Origin: Duganella sp. S19_KUP01_CR8
GTDB taxonomy: Bacteria; Pseudomonadota; Gammaproteobacteria; Burkholderiales; Burkholderiaceae_D
Assembly: GCF_036688705.1 (NCBI RefSeq)
Contig: NZ_JAQQPR010000027.1
Span: 20,042 to 44,041, forward strand
DNA length: 24,000 nucleotides
Direction of reading: 5' to 3'
Notes under the pieces: generated by a model
Told to the model about the DNA's origin: nothing
What the model saw: only the letters and a program-made list of their open reading frames with translations
Database searches by the model: none
Translations under genes and position numbers: made by a program
Shown here: one piece after another, positions 22,500-24,000 of the stretch
Layout of the letters: each line of letters opens with the position of its first letter
Numbering within the stretch: the first letter of the stretch is position 1

Positions 22500-22941
22500 C
22501 GTCTGAAATTTCAACGAACCATTGCGCCTGCCGTAACAGGCGCTTGATTTTCCCTTGAGTCATGTCACCCCAGATTTGGCCGTGATAAGGGTTCACGCGA
22601 ATCGGATCATCGTAGATAGGATCAAACCCTATCATGAGTGTTTCTTGTCGAAAGTCTCGTGCGATAAATCGGACTGCGCCGATCGCCGCAGGCGGGGGAA
22701 GCATGATCTGGACTTGTGGATCAAGTCCATCATCCAGTATCAACTGCTCAAGGTCCACAGAGATACCGGTGGTTGGAGAACTAATTTTCAGCAGTAGAGA
22801 AGAAAGCCGACGTCCCCCCTTCCCATCCGGGACCAGATGATGTTCCGTAACCTTCCGCAAAATGCCGTCGGTATCGTGTATTCCGTCGTGATCGTGCGGT
22901 GTTACGTTTCCATCTGCGTCACGCGGCGGCAGGGATAACAC
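22483..22941 (-). CDS. Hypothetical protein (152 aa), third gene of the low-GC cassette
   Basis: GTG start with GAGGG 5 nt upstream. It overlaps the upstream gene by 23 nt. The N-terminus is His/Asp-rich (PHDHDGIHDTDG), and there is a C-terminal motif DPIRVNPYHGQIWGDMTQGKIKRLL. I do not recognise a family. The coding call rests on ORF length, the RBS, and operon-like overlap in a region where GC-driven shadow ORFs are not expected. Confidence 0.55.
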   Translation of the reverse strand: MLSLPPRDADGNVTPHDHDGIHDTDGILRKVTEHHLVPDGKGGRRLSSLLLKISSPTTGISVDLEQLILDDGLDPQVQIMLPPPAAIGAVRFIARDFRQETLMIGFDPIYDDPIRVNPYHGQIWGDMTQGKIKRLLRQAQWFVEISDVMIPR

Positions 22942-23383
22942 CTGCGCCCTCGGTGATCACAAGCAACCACTTTGCCACTTGAGAGAAATCCCTAGTAAGC
23001 GACAACTCCTCGTCATTCTCATAGTCAGTAAAGCTGACAAATGCGCGGACGTCATACGGCTTCACAATGTGCAGTTCCAGATCTCCATGCACAGTATGCC
23101 ATTCAATCTGAAGGTCCCCGGCAGATCCAGGGACAATTGCCGGTGTTGGAGTGTTCGCTCCACATATCTGCGATAGAAGCTGCGCCGCAAAATAGGCATT
23201 CTCGTAAGAGACCGCCATACCTCTGTAGCCATCCCAACCATACGTTAGCCGTCGCAGCGCAGTAAGTTTGGCAAGGACCGCATCCATTAATGACGAACTG
23301 GATGCGGTCATGCTAATCGCTCGGTCAACGGTCTGGGCCCGCTCGTGGCGTGTCACAGCTCCGGAAAATGTTGAGTTAGACAT
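22919..23383 (-). CDS. Hypothetical protein (154 aa), second gene of the low-GC cassette
   Basis: ATG with GGGGA 7 nt upstream. It overlaps the upstream stop by 8 nt (ATGTCTAA). It contains LTALRRLTYGWDGYRGMAV ... PAIVPGSAGDLQIEW. This WDGY / P-x-G-x-L-Q-x-E-W pattern is one I associate loosely with small uncharacterised proteins of mobile or prophage regions; no function is assignable. Confidence 0.6.
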   Translation of the reverse strand: MSNSTFSGAVTRHERAQTVDRAISMTASSSSLMDAVLAKLTALRRLTYGWDGYRGMAVSYENAYFAAQLLSQICGANTPTPAIVPGSAGDLQIEWHTVHGDLELHIVKPYDVRAFVSFTDYENDEELSLTRDFSQVAKWLLVITEGAGVIPAAA

Positions 23384-24000
23384 TTTTTATTCCCCATTTC
23401 TCATGCGCATATGGAGTAGTAATTTCTCGGAATTTTTTTACGATTGCGCTGCGACCACAAATCATAAAGTCCATTGCGGATGCCACGGTAGGCTCCAGCG
23501 GCGTTCCCCGAATCGAGATGGTCAGTCCGAATGTTGGCCTGCCCTTGGTATCAACCCCGGAGCCGCAGTCGATAAACATTCTTGCGTAAGGCGATCCATT
23601 GTCTCTCGTGAGAACATATCGCAGGCTAATGCCTACGCTCTCTGGTTCCGCCGTGCTTCCAGCCCAAAGTGTGAACCACTTCGCGAGCGCTCGTTCAGCA
23701 TCCGATTCGATAGCGATCTTATTGATGTACGAAATTTCGCATTGATTGACGACGAGCGCCTGCTTTTCAAGCTTGCCCGCATATTCCTCAAGAAGAGAAA
23801 GTTCGTTGTTGTAGGCAGTGGCCATTGCTTCGAAGTGGGGATAGATACCGGAACCTTCGACGTTGCGCCAATTGTGCAGAAGCCGGTCTGGCTGAAATTG
23901 AATCAGTTGACTCCCTGCTGGATCCAAAAACCAAAATCGATCATGCAGCGGGCCATCGATCAAGTTCAGCTGATTCATGGAGTTGATGGGCGCATGTCCT
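23376..24000 (-). CDS. Hypothetical protein, possibly TIGR04255-family, 5'-truncated by the window edge
   Basis: The reading frame is open upstream of the ATG at 23978 through base 24000 (GHAPINS-MNQ...), so the true start is probably outside the window. LIQFQPDRLLHNWRNV...YPHFE and CEISYINKIAIE resemble the 'qfq.d.f.fnw' and 'RYIN.i' blocks I recall for the uncharacterised TIGR04255 family (about 260-280 aa). The family call is tentative. Confidence 0.55.
   Translation of the reverse strand, partial: GHAPINSMNQLNLIDGPLHDRFWFLDPAGSQLIQFQPDRLLHNWRNVEGSGIYPHFEAMATAYNNELSLLEEYAGKLEKQALVVNQCEISYINKIAIESDAERALAKWFTLWAGSTAEPESVGISLRYVLTRDNGSPYARMFIDCGSGVDTKGRPTFGLTISIRGTPLEPTVASAMDFMICGRSAIVKKFREITTPYAHEKWGIKNV

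Noticed and set aside
22483-24000. Integrase, transposase, tRNA or inverted/direct repeats marking the low-GC islet as a classic mobile element
   Set aside because: No ORF with recombinase- or transposase-like sequence and no tRNA-like sequence is visible in the part of the islet inside the window. I could not identify terminal repeats by eye. The right end is outside the window, so mobility remains unproven rather than excluded.

Overview
This is a high-GC (roughly 65-70% by eye) proteobacterial chromosomal segment, with about 19 densely packed genes and an abrupt drop to about 45% GC over the last 1.5 kb. Gene order, left to right. (1) A signalling block on the + strand: the 3' part of a histidine kinase, a periplasmic di-haem cytochrome c peroxidase-family protein, a paralogous full-length membrane histidine kinase (ATGA-coupled to the peroxidase gene), then a PAS-GGDEF diguanylate cyclase. 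No receiver domain is present anywhere in the window. (2) A secreted S9 (prolyl-oligopeptidase family) serine peptidase on the - strand. (3) A glycan-utilisation locus that is clearly orthologous to the E. coli cryptic ebgA-ebgC-ygjI...ygjK set. It contains an SDR, EbgA-like GH2 beta-galactosidase, EbgC and an APC permease on the + strand, converging on a TonB-dependent receptor and YgjK-like GH63 glucosidase on the - strand. (4) A translationally coupled gcvPA-gcvPB-(AcoX-like ATP-NAD-kinase-family) operon on the - strand, transcribed divergently from a GcvA-like LysR regulator. (5) A low-GC islet with three overlapping small genes of unknown function; the first looks TIGR04255-like and runs off the window edge. 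I saw no rRNA, tRNA, CRISPR array, transposase or integrase. The many long Arg/Ala/Pro-rich ORFs in the six-frame track are off-frame or antisense shadows typical of high-GC DNA. Items most worth follow-up: the low-GC three-gene islet, the re-wired ebg/ygj locus, the split P-protein plus AcoX-like kinase operon, and the kinase/peroxidase/kinase/cyclase block.
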